Positions 37,488 to 52,400 of a stretch of 64,000 nt of DNA are shown in pieces. Position 1 is the stretch's first letter. The number at the start of each line of letters is the position of its first letter. This stretch comes from a virus (Duplodnaviria; Heunggongvirae; Uroviricota; Caudoviricetes), in the IMG/VR virus record IMGVR_UViG_3300012007_000008, positions 64,001-128,000 of that record, one strand, 5' to 3'. The translations under genes were made by a program, and so were the position numbers. The notes under the pieces are model-generated. The model searched no databases. It saw only the letters and a list, made by a program, of their open reading frames with translations, and was not told the origin of the DNA.

Positions 37488-40400
37488 TCATCTATGAGAT
37501 TTTCTCATTCCACCACGTACCATATCGGCACTAATTTTGCGTACGGTATATTCATAGCTTTGCTTAAGAATTTCTTTAAGCCCTGGAAGAGCTTCCTTAT
37601 CAACATTGCCATTTATTGTGAGCAAACTGCCGTACGAAACATTGACGTTTGTTTTGCTTCCTGAAACGGGGATTTGCGGAACTTCGACTGTACCCATCCC
37701 CGGAAGGTTCGGGTACGCCTGTGCCATTTCGAACAGCTTCTGTGTCAGCCTGGACGGAATCACGCCATCACCAGGTTCGAGCGGGATGAGTACGCCGTCC
37801 TTCGTCGTGATGATTTCTCCGCCTTTTTCCTGAGTCAGATAACGGCCTTTCCTGTTAATTCCGCGGGATCCGGTGGCTTTCTTTTTGTTCTTGTTTTTCT
37901 TATCTCTCTTTTTCGCCGCCGCTTCGGCCGCTTTCGCTGCCGCCATTTCCGCATCGGCCGCGGCTTGAGCTGCATTCTGTGCTGCCTCATTGGATATCCT
38001 AGCAGCTGCTTCCGAATCTATAAATCCGTTTCCACTTGCTACTGGTTCTGGGTCTGAATTCTACTCGGATCCTCCTCCAGTATCATATCCGTTCATTTGA
38101 GCCATTTTTTCAATAATAGTTGAAGCTGCCAAACCTATTGCTTTATTTACAGCCCCTAGAGAACCGGCAATCATAGTTCCAGCCCCTATAACAGCAGAAG
38201 TAGTTCCTACAATGCTCCCCTGTATGGTATAGACTGCCTGAGCTTCGAAATCTGTGATCTCGCCCACCGCAGCATCAATAGAATCAGAAATACCATTCAG
38301 AGGATCCTCTAATTCATCCGGGAGATTAGCGACCATCTCATCAAGATAGATAAGGTGATCGTCGATCATATCAGACGTGTAATCGAGGATATCGATCATG
38401 GTAGCTTCACCGCCGGACGTCAGGTAAGTCCAGGTAGATGCCAGCTTATTGTTCATCACATCAGAAACTGGTCCTGAGAGAGAAGACACCATTTTGTTCT
38501 GCATATCTGCATTTGACCTTACAGCCGCGCTGTATATAGTGTCATTCCCAGTAAAAGCATTGAATCTACCGTTTACTGCGTACACAGCATCGGAAGTCGC
38601 TGCATTCACGGTCGCAACCTGTACGCCCATCTGAGACATATTCGTTCCGAATGTGCTCAGAAGGTTGTCCATAGTCGTAGCCATCTGGTCTGTTGTCAGG
38701 TTGGTACTTCGCATTACGTCGAGCTGTTGTGCGGAATCCGCCTCGAATCCGTGAGACCATTTATCATAGTTTTCCTGAAGCTTCGTCTGAAGATCAGTCA
38801 ACCCTTCCGTCTGGAGCTGTACGCTGTGGTCGCGGATTGTGTCACTCTGTTCTTCACGCTTTTGTTTGATCTGGGCATCGATTCTGGCTTTGAGCGCTTT
38901 GGACTCAGCGTCAGTAACATCTACGAGTGCGCGGGACTGTGCTTCTAAAATGGCTATCTCTTTATTCTGGTCTCTAAGTTGCTTATCATAATCAAAATAC
39001 GCCTTTTTCTTTTGCAAAGCCTATTTGTGCTTGTCTATAACTTTATTTAGCGCAGCTAATTGTCTCTGGGCGGTGACCTCTACGGTTTCCGTAAACGACT
39101 CAAGAGCAGACTTCGCAGCTTGGAGAGCGTCCATCTGTTGCTCCGTCAAAGCTTTGATGTTTTCGTCGAATGCTTCCTGGCCGTAATTCGCGTTTGTCCT
39201 GAATTCCTGATACAGACGGTTCTTTTCGCGGTCGATCTACTGGATTTCTGAAAGTGCCTGATCAAACGACTGCTTATCAACCACCATGTTGAGCTGTCCC
39301 GGCGTTTGGAGATCGCCGGAATCATAATCCCACATCTGAGCGTCGTTGATGAGTTCAGCCATGATGTTTAGGTTATTGATGAACGTATCCTGCTTGTCGA
39401 TGACTCTGTTGAAGTTATCTACGGAATACTGAATCCACTCGGCTTCAAGTTTAGCGACCTCGTTAAGAGTGTCGTAACCATTCTTCCAGAGTTTGTTAAT
39501 CTCGGCCTGTTTCGCGATATAAGAATCAGAATTCTTTACGTATACACCCTGAGAGACAAGCTTGTTGAACATTTCCTGTTCTTTTACCGCCTCCTGGATC
39601 TGTTTGTTGGCAATCGCTCTCTGATCTGAGATATTAGTGGTGTAATAGGATTCTTTCTTATAATTACTGATTGCTTCGTCGCGGTCGTACCAGATGTTAT
39701 TCAGGCCAGCCATCGTCTGCATAAAGTCAACGATCTTATTGTAATGATTTACGATGTCTTCAAGCTTTTTGATATCAAGTTCCTTCTGTTGTACGTTGTA
39801 ATCATGGACTGCCTGTTGCGCCTCATAGATATCCTTCTTCAGTCTCACCCATTCGAGAGAGTACTGTTCCACGTATCCACCGGAAACAGCTTCGTTCAGC
39901 TGCCTCTGAAGAGAGTCGGCCTGGATTTGTTTTCTCTGCTTTTCAATCTGGAGATTATGCTTCTCGAAGTCGCGCATCTGCTCGAAAACTTGATCCCCGA
40001 ATTTTTCTGTATCATCGATATTCCGTTCGTAGTAACTGTGAATGGTCTCAAGGAATCCGATCTGAGTCTCGTAATGATCGTTGATATCGTCGAATTTCTT
40101 CAGTTCGAGCTTCTTAATCGCCACATCGTATTCGTGGACGGCTTGCTCGGCCTCCTTGATTGTCTGTGTCATTTCAACCCATTCGCGGGATCCTTCGAGG
40201 ATTACTCCCTGTGTTTCGCTAACATCGTTCACAGGAGAGTTGATATTCCCTTTCGTTGTGGGCTTATCTACTACGTCTTGCATAGCAACCCACGGCTCTT
40301 TTAGAGATGCCTTCGCCCGTTCTTGAGGGGTACTGCCGTTTACATCGGAACCATTTGTCGTCATTCCGACTTCAAGCTGCTTCTTTAAAGAACTAACTTC

Positions 40401-43400
40401 AGTCTATTTCAGATGACGCTCAATCTTTAGGTTGGCAATCTGACGATCCCTCATTGCGGAGTTAATGCTATTACCGAAGGTTTCAGCATCATCTACCACC
40501 TGTTCGTTCAGTTTTCTTAATTCTTCCTGGAATCCGAGCTGTGTCTAATAGGCATTATTGATGTAATCGAAATTATCGCGGATTTCCTGAACTTTTTGTT
40601 CGGCAAGACTAGCAGCCGACGTGACAAAATCTGTTTCAGCAATATTAGCCGAATCTATGAATGCTTGGAGAGCCGCCTGAGCGTCTGCAACAATCTCATC
40701 CCCAGTTGGAATATCAATAGATCCAGGTCCTTCTTCAGCAACAGGAACAGAAACTCCCCCAGTTTTAACCTGTGCATTATATTTCTTTAATTTCCTTCTA
40801 AGTTTACCTTTTGTTCCTTTCAGCGTAACTTTTTCGCCATTTCTTAATTGACGTTTTTGCTCGGCTGATAATTTTTTCGAATAATTCTTAGCTAATTTCT
40901 TACCGTATTTTACGCCTGGGTATTGATTTTCATATTCGTTAACCAGTTTGTTTTGCTGTTGGACAGCCCTTTTTGCTTTTCCCGTAAGTCCTTTAACAGA
41001 AGCTCTTCGCCCTTGTCTTAATGCTTTGATTTGTTTTGGATTAAGTTTTTTCCCATACTTTCTTGCGACGTCTCTACCAGAAGACTTGACTTCTTTCTTA
41101 GTAATGTCATATTGATTCTCATACTGATTAACCATTTTGTTATAGCTTTGTGCAGCAGCGACAGCCGCTTTCCCTTTTTTACCTTTTCCGTTGATATTAT
41201 CGATGTTTATTCTTTGCCCACGTTTTAGTCTTGTCCTCTGTTTCTTAGTTAACTGTCTTTTGTATTTTTTCGTGAGCTTCCTTCCTGCTTTTTGAAGCTG
41301 CGGCTTTGTTATATACTTTTTAGGCTACTCGGCTTGTTTCTTTTTCTCTTCTTGTTGCTGCGCCATGTTGTTTGTGAAGTTTGCAAAATTAAACAGATTA
41401 TTATAAGCCTCTCTTAATTCTCTGGTAGCTATCTGATAACTGCTTACATGGAATCTGGTCTTATTCCGGTTATCCGCCCTTACAGCGCGGTATCCAGCAC
41501 CACCGAGAAGACGGTAATCTCCGCGGGCACCTGAACCGAGAAGGTTATTCATAAGTGCCTGAGTAGAACCACCTTTTTGAACAGCCTGAAGTCTGGCTTC
41601 AGCAGCTTCGAGTCCGTTAACACCTTTCTTCATACGGTCGATCTGTTTTCCGGCTTCTTCGATGGGAGCGTTTGCCATTTCTTTATATAGTTCAATAAGC
41701 TTCTTACGAAGTTCTTCGATACTCTGTCTAGCTTGTCTGGCAGCGTCTGCATATTGTTGATAATTCTGAAGCTGTTCCGCGAGTTTTTCGTCTTTGATTT
41801 TGCTGATGTCGATAGCGTAACCGCCGTCGATCATCTGTTTGAATTCCTCGAACTGAGAGTTCGCTTTCTGCATTTGTTTCTTTTCTTTTTTATTCTTCGC
41901 GTTTTTGATTTCTTTTTCAGAATACGGATTCTTGACGCTCTGAGCTTCCTGAGTATAGCGGGCGCTTGCCTGATTGGCGGCAGAGATTTCTTCCATGACC
42001 GACGCGATCTGACCTTGGACGCTTTCGCCACTAGATGTGGTTCCGTTTACGAGATTTCCGTTTTTATCGATTCCGCCGACAAGGTTTGCCATCTTATCAG
42101 AATAAGAGGTGAACTCATTGATCGCGTTCGCAAAGTGTTCCGTCTTCTCCGCAAGGACGCTGAGGCGGGAAGTGATCCAGTCGAATACCTGGCCTTCCTT
42201 CTTCTTTTTATCGGTGTTCTCCTTAGTTTCGTCGGTGTTTTCTTTTTGAGCTTTGGTGTTTTCTTTTGTTGCTTTCGTGTTTGCGGTGTTGGCGGAGGAG
42301 TTGTTAGAAGAAGAGTTGTTAGATGAATTCGTTTTATTCGTTCCGCTTAAAGGAGGAGCATATTTAGATGTAGCATACGCAACACCGTCGGTGCCTTGAG
42401 CGAAAGCGAAGGAGTCACTAAGAATTTCAGGATCGTACGTCATTTCTTCGAACGGATTATAGAAATCAATTCCAGTGCCATAAGCGAAGGAATCACTTAG
42501 TAGTTCAGGATCATAGATCATTTCCTCGAACGGATCATAGAAATCGATTGTATCATCGAATGTTCCGTCACTATGAGCCGGAATTAGTTTTCCTGAACGA
42601 GCAGTCTTGCCAGTCTTGAGAAGATCATCCGTTTGCTTTGCGTTGAATACGATATCTGAAGATCTAAGCTGTTCAAGATGTGGTCCACCAGGAAGGAGCA
42701 TCCATTTACCGTCACGTACAATACTTTCCTGACCGATTTCATTTACCAGAGCCGTTTCATTGCTGCCAACCGTAAAATCGCGGCCTTGAGCATAGGCTCG
42801 GGTAATAGATGAGAGAGGAGAGTGGAAAGTACCTAATGCATGGGCGGTTCCAAGTGCTGTAGCTCCACCGACGCTACCTTGCTGGCTCACCCGGACAGTG
42901 ACTGTTTTTTCGGACGGAATAGAGTTCAGAGCCGATATAACCTGATGGAGAGCAAGGAGAGCATTACCTATTCCGTTTGCCGTCACAGAGAACGTCTTGT
43001 CTCCGATCTGAACTTGGCTCAGTCTGTTTGTATTGTTGAGGGTAGACGTGAGGTTTTGAGCAATAACCGCGAATTTCTTATCAGCTATTGCTACCGCATT
43101 AAGTTCATCAAGTTTCGATTTCGCCTTTTCTACTTCGCTGTAATCAACCTACACTTTATTCTGAGAAGTGGATTCTGTTTTTTGCTGCTGAGCGGGCTTA
43201 GGAGCGGCACTTCTATCTTCAGGAACCGAAGTGGTTGAGGAGTCTGTTTTGATTTGACTCATAACTCCTTGAACCTGAACTTCCGGTGTCTGAGAAACCT
43301 CGTCCTAGACTTCTTTCATCTATCCGGTCACCGGGACACTTACATCATCTGGAGCATCAATGTCTGTAATTGTCGCTCTACCTGTTGTCTGTTGCTCTGT

Positions 43401-46400
43401 TTGAGTTGAAGGTTGTTTGTTATTCAATAAACCACCTAAAGCACCGTCAGTTCCCAGAAAATGCATAAGCTACCCAATAATGGCGGTTGGTTCCCAATTC
43501 TGGGATTCCGAAACGGCGGCTATAAGATTATCTATTTTTTCGCCATTTTCTAAAGTATACCCTTGCTTATCTGAATCAATAAGGTCCTGTGGAGTATATT
43601 TTTCTCCATGATCGCGAATAGCATTAGAAATAACGCCCCACATATATTCGTCAAGCTATGAAGAGGAAAGATAGTAGGGGCTGCCGTTATCCCTTTGATC
43701 GAGAGGGGAGTAAGCAATTTCATGGTCATCCCATTCGCCAGACCCACCTAATACTGTTGAATATGTACCTATTAAATCTTCAGGGATTTCTCCCCAAGAT
43801 TGGATAGCAGTTCTAAAATCCTATACTGTTTTTTCGTCCCAGTTTAGAACCTGTCGATTATTTAAATCGATATTACCGAATTGAGTTTGATCTGTCGGAA
43901 TACCCCATGCCTACATGATTTGTGCGACAACAGAAGCCGACGGCTATTTTTCTCCGCCATACAGAGCGCGGTCTACTTCTTCAAATGTGTTATATGAACC
44001 AGAATCTGCGGACCCAGTTTTGTCAGATTCCTAAATCTAAATTTCGGCCGTACCTTCTACTTCTGTCTACGTAGTGCCTTGCGCCTAGACTACAACGTTA
44101 TCTGTCTATATTGTAGTTTCACTTAAAGGCATTGTTTCTTGTGGCAAATTTAATTCCTCGTTTATGGCTTGATCTCGTTCTTTTGGCGGTAAGTCATTTA
44201 AATATTGACCTACTATAGGGTTAGAAAAGAGATCTTTAATATCTTTAGGAAGATTCGAAGTGTCCTATATTTTTCTCGGTATTATTTCCGTCTATTGCTA
44301 TGCCTAAATCTACCTATAAGGTTCAACGTATTCATCGATGGCCTTCTTAAGAGAATTCACATCATCAATGCCTTGCTCGTGTACATAATCTTTTACATCA
44401 TCAGGGATGTTGTCCTAGTTTTTTTGCTTCGCTTTATTTTTTTTCTTAGTATACGGAGTTTCCATGTTTGTGCCGCGCATAGAAGCAAAGAAATGCTCGC
44501 TGTTTTGTTTATTTTCTTCTTTTTTCTATTGGGCTTTCTTCTCCTGTTTTCCCTATTCTCTTTTCTTATCTGCGGCGCTCTTAGCCTTCGAAAGCACTCC
44601 TTCTCTGAATTCTTCTTGTTTCTCTTTCTTTGTCTATTCCCTTTTCTTGTCGGCAGCTTCTTTAGCCTTTGTAAGAACTCCGCCTCTGAAGTTTTCTTGT
44701 TTTTCCTTTTTCTTTTGTTCTGCTATCTATGCTCTTTTAGCATCAGCGGCCTCCTTAGCCTTTGTAAGGACGCCTTCTCTGAATTTATCTTGTTCTTCTT
44801 TTTTCTTTTCTTCTGGATTTTTGAACTTCGACACCTAATAAATGGCAGAGATTATTCCTTGAGCATTTTCAGAAGCATTTGAAGTAATATCCGATGATAG
44901 GTTCTATACATCGGACGTTAAACCTAATTCTCTGAAAGTCTAAGCTACTTCACCCATTTGATTTCTAATAGCCTGAGAAGTCTACTAGGTATTACTCGTA
45001 TCTATGCCCTACAAATCGAATCCGAGTTTGCTAAGAATTGACTCTCCACCGTCTTTTGTGGCCCCGTATTCGGCATTGGCTAACTATTCCGCAATTTCAT
45101 CGACTCTTTTCTGATTATCATTCATGAATGCGCTGATGGCCTATTTTGTTTTCTGGATATAGCCACTATTTTCGTCTACAGTTAAAGTTGACCCGGTGAT
45201 ATCCAATACAAGACCGTTCTATTTCGCGTATGTTTCGATCTGATCTCTTAGATTATGAAGGACAGAATATTTTGTCTAATCATCAATAGAAGTATCATCT
45301 TCAATAGATTTATACCCTTTATACATCTAGTCAATATATTTTTTAGCTATTTCAGATTGTTCTTTTGCTCCTTCTGCCTATTTTTTCGCGAGTTGAGGTA
45401 TCATGTCGGCAGTGGTATTGTATTGATCACGAAGTTTCTCGATCTATTGTTCTTGTTCCTGAATAGCAAGTGTATAGTCACCAGAGCCTTCTTTTTGCAA
45501 TTCTTTCATGCGTTCTAACTTCTATTCGGCAGCGTCTAATTCTGATTTCTTATCTGCGAGTCCAGTGAGCGCCTACGTAGTGCTTCCGTAAGCAGTGACA
45601 CTATATCCTTTGTCGTTTAACAGACCAAGCATCGCAACAATCTATCCTACCGGACGGGTAGCTTTAACGGCTGCCTCGCCAAGATCCATGATGCCGATAC
45701 TCCAGTCACCAGCCTCGTCCTGGATGGCATAGCCAGCCTCTTGCATATCAGCTAAGAAATTGGTTATATCCTGAGTCTAATCGCCAGAGAACCATCTGTC
45801 CGCATCCTCGATATTTTGATCAAAGTTCTGCCAACCAGTAGAATCTGAAGGAGAGAAGGATTTTGCAATTGATTTGAACTATTTAGTGCCAACATCATTA
45901 GATTCACGTAACTCTTTCCCACGTTTCAGATTTTTGACGTACGCGTCATAATTGTCTCCTAATTCAGTCTGCTTCGTTGCATCCTATACATCGTAAAGAT
46001 TCGGATCGTGCCAAACTGAAGCCAGCTACTCCTAAGCGGCGGCGGCCTGAGCTGCAACCTGTCCTGTAATGACACCAGCCTATATAAGAGCATTGATGAA
46101 CGCCCTCAGTTTAGCTTCACCCTATGCCGTTCCGCTTCCCCACATGTCTTTAGTAATGTCAAAAGCTTCGGCGAGACTTCTAACTGCCTACTATTGTTCA
46201 TTTGTACCCTTAATATCCCACATCTACTGAATATCGACTTCGTCAAGATCCATTTTTTTGATATCTTTGGTTATATTTTGAAGCGAATCATCGAATCTTT
46301 TTGCATACATATTGCTTTCATCAAACTATTTTCCAGAAAGAGTATCTGAAAGTGCTTCCTGAAAATCATGAAGTTGCATTTGGCTTTTGTTTAAGTTTTT

Positions 46401-49400
46401 GCTTAGCGAAAGGATATAGTCGCCTAGCCCTTCTTTTAACTATGGCGAAATCGGCAAATTACCAATGAAAGATGAAATCTATTGATATGATTGTTTATAT
46501 TTTTCTTTGGCATTATCAATTGCCTACTCATCAGAACCAAATAGTGCATCGTTGAAATTGGAAATAGAAGAGGCGAATCCAGTGAGTTTATTTCCTCCTC
46601 CTTTTGAGTATAAAAGCTGTTCGAGATAAGAATTATAATTTGCCTGGTAATCATTAAGCGTTCCTTTTGTTGCTTCTGCAGCCTTGTTCGCTTGGCTTAT
46701 AATATTCTGTAAGATAGGAGACTATTCAGAAGACACGTTTTTAATTCCATTAAGATCTGCAAGGAGAGAAGTAAATACCTCATGCGCCTAAGCGGCATTC
46801 CCTACGAAATTAATCGACTAGAATCCTTCTGCTAGTGGCTCAGTTATAAATCCCTAATATTTCTATAAAATGCCGTCTAATTGCTTTTTGACCTATGTAT
46901 CTTTTATTTCATCTGAAAATGAGAAAACAGTGTAATTACGCTATTTTTGCATTTCACTCATAGCGTCTTCGTACGCCGAGATGTTATCGGCAATATTAGA
47001 AGTCGCTTCGTTTTGAGAGATACTATTGAGTTGTTCTAGTTGTTCTGAGAGTTTACCGTTAACGAGGTCTATGCCGGACGCCTGAGCACCATACTGCTAT
47101 ACGATTTGTTTTTGCAGGTCAAGAAGTTGTTTCTTAATGCCGATTTGTTCTTGTTCAGAGAGGTCTTCGGAATCGAGTTGAAGTTTGAGCTATGTATATT
47201 GATCGATGTATTCTTGGAGAGATTCTTTAGTCTGGCTCCATTGGGATGCACCCTCAGTAGCTTGCTATTTTAGGGCTTCTTTTACTCTCTTCGCGTGAAT
47301 GGCAATAGCGGCAGCTGCAGCAATAACACCAGCTGTTACAGCCAGAATTGGATGAGAGATGAATGCTCCTTTTATGGCAGAACCAACGCCTTTTAATGCG
47401 ATTCCTATGTTGGTGATCTTTGCTTTAAGACCATCTAATATACTCCCAGATCTCGCAACATCTCCAGCAGCATCAGACACATTCTCAATGGCACCAGATA
47501 CCTATTCAGCAGCGTCCGATACTTCATTAATATGTTCAGCCGCCTGAACCGCGCCATTTCCGAGATCATCCATTACAGAGGCAGCATCTTTTGTTGTCTA
47601 TTCTATAACATCGATTCTCTATGCACTTTCTGAAATCTAAGAAACTGATTCTGCGGCTTTGGAAACTGGATTATCTGTTGCTTCCTAAACGACCTATTTT
47701 GCGATATCCTTTGTGCTTTCTTTAGTGGCTTTTTGTGCCCCATTCTAAATTATTTTTTCGGCGATCTATCCAGTTGCTTCTCCCAAATATTCTGAAATCG
47801 CATCAGATGCTACAGAATTTCCATATACTTTACCAAGTTGTTTGCGAAATGTCTCGGCTTGTTTTTTGTCGTTTAGGTCAACAATACCTTTATCAACATA
47901 TTGCGCAACGACCTGAGGAGCACTCATTCCTTTATTCGCCAAAGATTTAGTATAGTTAAACATATCGCCAGCGTTTTTGACGTCTTGGCCTTTGAGTTTT
48001 AACTCATCATAATTCTTAATAAACGAGACAATGCCTCCCGCTATTGCACCGCCTCCAAGAAGAGTATTTATTGATCCTATACCTTGTATAATGTCGTTGA
48101 TAATATTGACAATTTGTGTTCCAAAATCTATGGCTCCTTTGATAAAATCAGACTTCATCAGAGAAGTAGTAAATTCTTGAACTGAATTATTGAATTGTTG
48201 CTGTTTACCTTCAATGGATTCCATGAATTTAAGATTTTCTTGTTGTGCCGATCCTGCCGCGTTGCTGGCGGCCTAATAAGATTTTACGAGGATATCAGGA
48301 GATTCAAGTAAACTAGCAAGGATATTGGAACGATTTTTTCCAGCCATTGTTTCAAGTAAGAATGCTTGCTCATTTGTGCCGTTTTGAATATCTTTTTGTC
48401 CAATCTATTCCCAAATTTTAGCTATGTCTAACAGGATATCATATGTTGAGCGAAGATTTCCGTTCGTGTCTTCTATATCTACGCCAAGGAAATCGTTGGA
48501 TTTTACACGAGTAGCGTTAATTATTTCTTCTCTAAGTTTAGACGTGGTCTCAGTCATGTCTGACGTGTCCTCGCCCTACTCGGCGAGTTGCTGTTTCTGT
48601 CCGGCTAAACGAAGAGAGATAGTACGAATACCGGCTCCAACCTTGTCGGGATCCTGCACAACCTGGTTTCCAGCCGTTAAAAGAGCAATTGACTCTGCTA
48701 AATCATTTCCTTCTGTACGAAGGGCAGAAGCCGAGGCTTGAAGGGCAGTAGATAAGCCCTACGTCGATATGCTAAATTCATTGCCTACCTTGTTTAATGA
48801 ATCCAATATCTCAGTTTGTGAATAATCATCGAACGCTTGTGACATCGCAATAAGAGAAGTAGTAGCTTGATCTATAGAATCAAATTCGGATACATTGAAC
48901 AGAAGAGAAGCATTCTTTGCAGATTCTTTCGCTTCAGTCAAACTTTGACCAAGGCGCATAAAATCCGCAGTACTTTGTTGAATCTGAAGACCTGTGGTTC
49001 CTACAGAATCAGCCAAACCAAAACTCTCTACTTGAAAATTCTTAAGCGAGGAAAGCGATTCATCCGATACTTTTCTCATCTATGTAAGGGCGGTATCAAA
49101 CTAAGTAACAGTTGATATACCTTGTTTTATCCAATCAAACACCTCATATATCGATGCGAATGACGCAAGATAAGCGCCCATTTCCATAATCTTATTTTTC
49201 CAGGTAGATCCAAACTTAGATAGTAGTCCCTCGTGTTTGACGATTTTCCCATCTAATTTCTATATGGCTCTTGACTGCTCGTCAAAAGAGTAGATTAATG
49301 TCTAATCCATACCTTGTTTGTTTTTTATGTTAGCCGTATAGCGATGTTTTCCTTTTTGAGTCACGCCTTTATCAATTATATCATTTGGATTAAGAAAGTA

Positions 49401-52400
49401 ATTATTACCCTTAGCTTCAGAAAACATCATTCTTTGTATCTATGCTTTGGCTCTAGACACATCGTCTGTGTCCATTACTCGGACGACATTTTTCATTCCA
49501 CTTAGCTACTTCTGAGCTTTTTTTACAAATGTAGACCTGTCCATTTCGTTACGGGCATATTTGACCGAGTAATCCTTGATTGATTTTGATGCCGCCTTTA
49601 CTTGATCCTAAAGCCCAATTACATTTCTGCTTTGTATTTCGGATAATAACTAATTAACGTGAGCAATGGCAGGATCGGTTTGTAATTTATTCCTGGCTTC
49701 ATTTAACAGTTTTTCTTTTTCTGGCCTTTGTTTCTAAATCCGTTCATTAGCTTCCCGCAGTCTTTCCTGTGCGTTAATAATAGACTCCGTGTTGTCTTCA
49801 GCCCCATCTAAAGCTTGTTTATAGGCACCAATAGCTTTCGTACAATCATCAAAACTTTTACTTAATTTTATTAGTTCGGTCTATTCTTTACTGGTGATAA
49901 CACCAGTTTCCGATTTCATAACCAAATCCTAATATTTCTATTGGTTCTTTGCCATGTAATTGTAGTCAGTAACAGCACCCTAACGAAGTCTTTTTATGTT
50001 CTAAGGTAGTTTCTATGAGATTGTGTCTTCTTTTATAGATTGTCTATACATATTTATAGCTTGTTCTTGAATCTCGCGGATCTAATCCTGAAACCACCCA
50101 TTATCATTCCTATATCTGTCTTTCTAGCTTCCTATAGTAAACGCACTTAGGTCATCACTCATCTGCTAATTCATGTATTTTATATAGTTCTGCAACAAAG
50201 ATCGTTTTAAGTTTGCAATTGTTTTTTCATCAATGCGTTCTGCATATAATCTTTCATTAGAAATTGCATTTTGAATGTCCCAAGTGTCTTCCTCAAGTTG
50301 TTTGCGTTTATCGTCTGCATACTATTCTGCGCTTCTTGGTTTATTGCGATACCCGTCTTCGACTGTTAACGGCTATTCATGGTTTTCTACTTGCTGATTA
50401 TCTGCCTAGGAATTAGCAGATTCGGCAGCCTTTTTCATCGATTCAGATAAGAGATCAATTGATGAGGATAATTCTGTGGCTCCAGCAGTGGCCCCGTCAA
50501 ACGAATCAAAAATACCCTACATAGAATCTAGTATCTGATCCTAATCGATATCTACGTTCGTCTACAGTTTTGGACCTGGCGACTTGTTCTATCTCTATCC
50601 GAAAAGCTATTGCTCGATCCTATCGGAAACAGCTTCCTGTTGGTCTGCAATTATTCTCACGGAAGAAGATTCCTCAGCCTGAGACTATTTTATGTAATTA
50701 GAATATTGCTTTCGATATTTACTCTCACCATAGTTCTTGCCAGTTAATTGGTTAATTATATCTGCGACATCTTGCCATGTACCAATTTTAGATTTATCCT
50801 TAGCCACACGAAGGAGTAATTCATCGTCAGTCTCTCCGTCGAGACGTTCATAAGTTGGCTTTTGTTTTGATTTTTTAATCTATCCTGAAGTAGAAGAGCT
50901 GGTTTTTTTAGCGGGTGTCTCCAAAGTTTCGACCTATTCTTTTATTTTACTAGTCGTTTTTTCCTGTGATTGTGCCTATTCGTCCAACGACTGTTTGGCA
51001 TTTTTCGCTGCTTCCTAAACATTACTAAGACTTTCCCGCACTTCATTTAGTGTCTTATTGGTGAAGCTGAATTCATAAGCGTCTTCCTAAGTGGAAGTGA
51101 TGTCCCGCTCACTTACATCCCATCCAGCAGAACTTTTTTTGACTCGATATTTGTGGTCTTCCGTGTAATATTCCCCAGTACTTTTATCCTTTATTAGTTT
51201 GACTTTATTAGTTTTAGAAGCTGAAGGTTTATGTTGTTCAGTTTCTTTATCAGGCTCGTTTCCTCCGAATATACTGCCTAATCGTCCAGAAAGATCTGAA
51301 GACTGGACACCTGAAGGCCTCTATTCTTTAAGAGGATTACCATTTTTTGTTAACTATAGATCTATCTTTGATGCTGCACGAATCTACTCAAGAATATTTA
51401 ATACTTCATTGAGCCTAGATACAAGTTTATCAACAGAAGAGAGAAAATCATTCAATGATGGTTGAACAGAAGAGAGCTCTGATAAATCACGAATTCCAGT
51501 GAAAGTCTGATCAGTTAATGAACTTAGATTAAAATCTGACAATGCTTCGTATGTCGCGGCTCTGAGAATGTTTGCGTTTTTATTAGAAAATAGTGAAAAA
51601 TCTAGTGTTTTATTTTTTTCGTCTACCCCGCCTTTTGATTTTATATAATGTAGGGCAGCATCTTGAAGAGTATAATTATTTAAATCTTTAAGGCCCATTT
51701 GTTCATGTGCGTAATTAGCCCAATAAGCATTCTATTTCTATTTAGCATAAGAACCGATTCTTTGAATAATATTTGATAATTCTAAGTTAGGATCAGACGT
51801 CCCGTTTTTCTGTAAAAACGATTTAATGGCTGAAAAATCAAAATCAAGTATTTTTCCACCTGACTATATCAGCATTTTTGTAATGCCTTGTGCAGATATT
51901 CTAGACCATGCATCAAAATCTTCCTATGACGGAAGCAGGTCATATCCAATGGTTTTATAATCTATTCCATCCCCAAACGGATTAATAAATTCTCTCATTG
52001 GATGAGAGTGAACATCTGTATCAAAGTCAGACATTCTATAACCATTGTTTTTCATCCACTAAAAAATCTGATTAAAGTTAAATGAATCTCTCTGATCATA
52101 TAAAAACGGATTTGTCATCAACCCTGTTTTTGAATTAATAAATGCCCCGCGTTCCATAGACATTCCATTTCTGAATTTCTCTATGATTGTGTCGGACTAA
52201 CCCCAGTTTTTTAGAGTTTTATACATATTAGCAGAATTGTTATTTAAGCCAAGGGCAGATATTCGTGTTTCTAAAGACGAGAGTGTAGATTGGGCAACAT
52301 TCCCAACGTCAAGAATGCCGTTCTTTATGGATGTAATAACAGAACTCAAATCACTATTTATTGATCCTTCGGTTATGACTTTTGATGGCAAAGACTCTGA

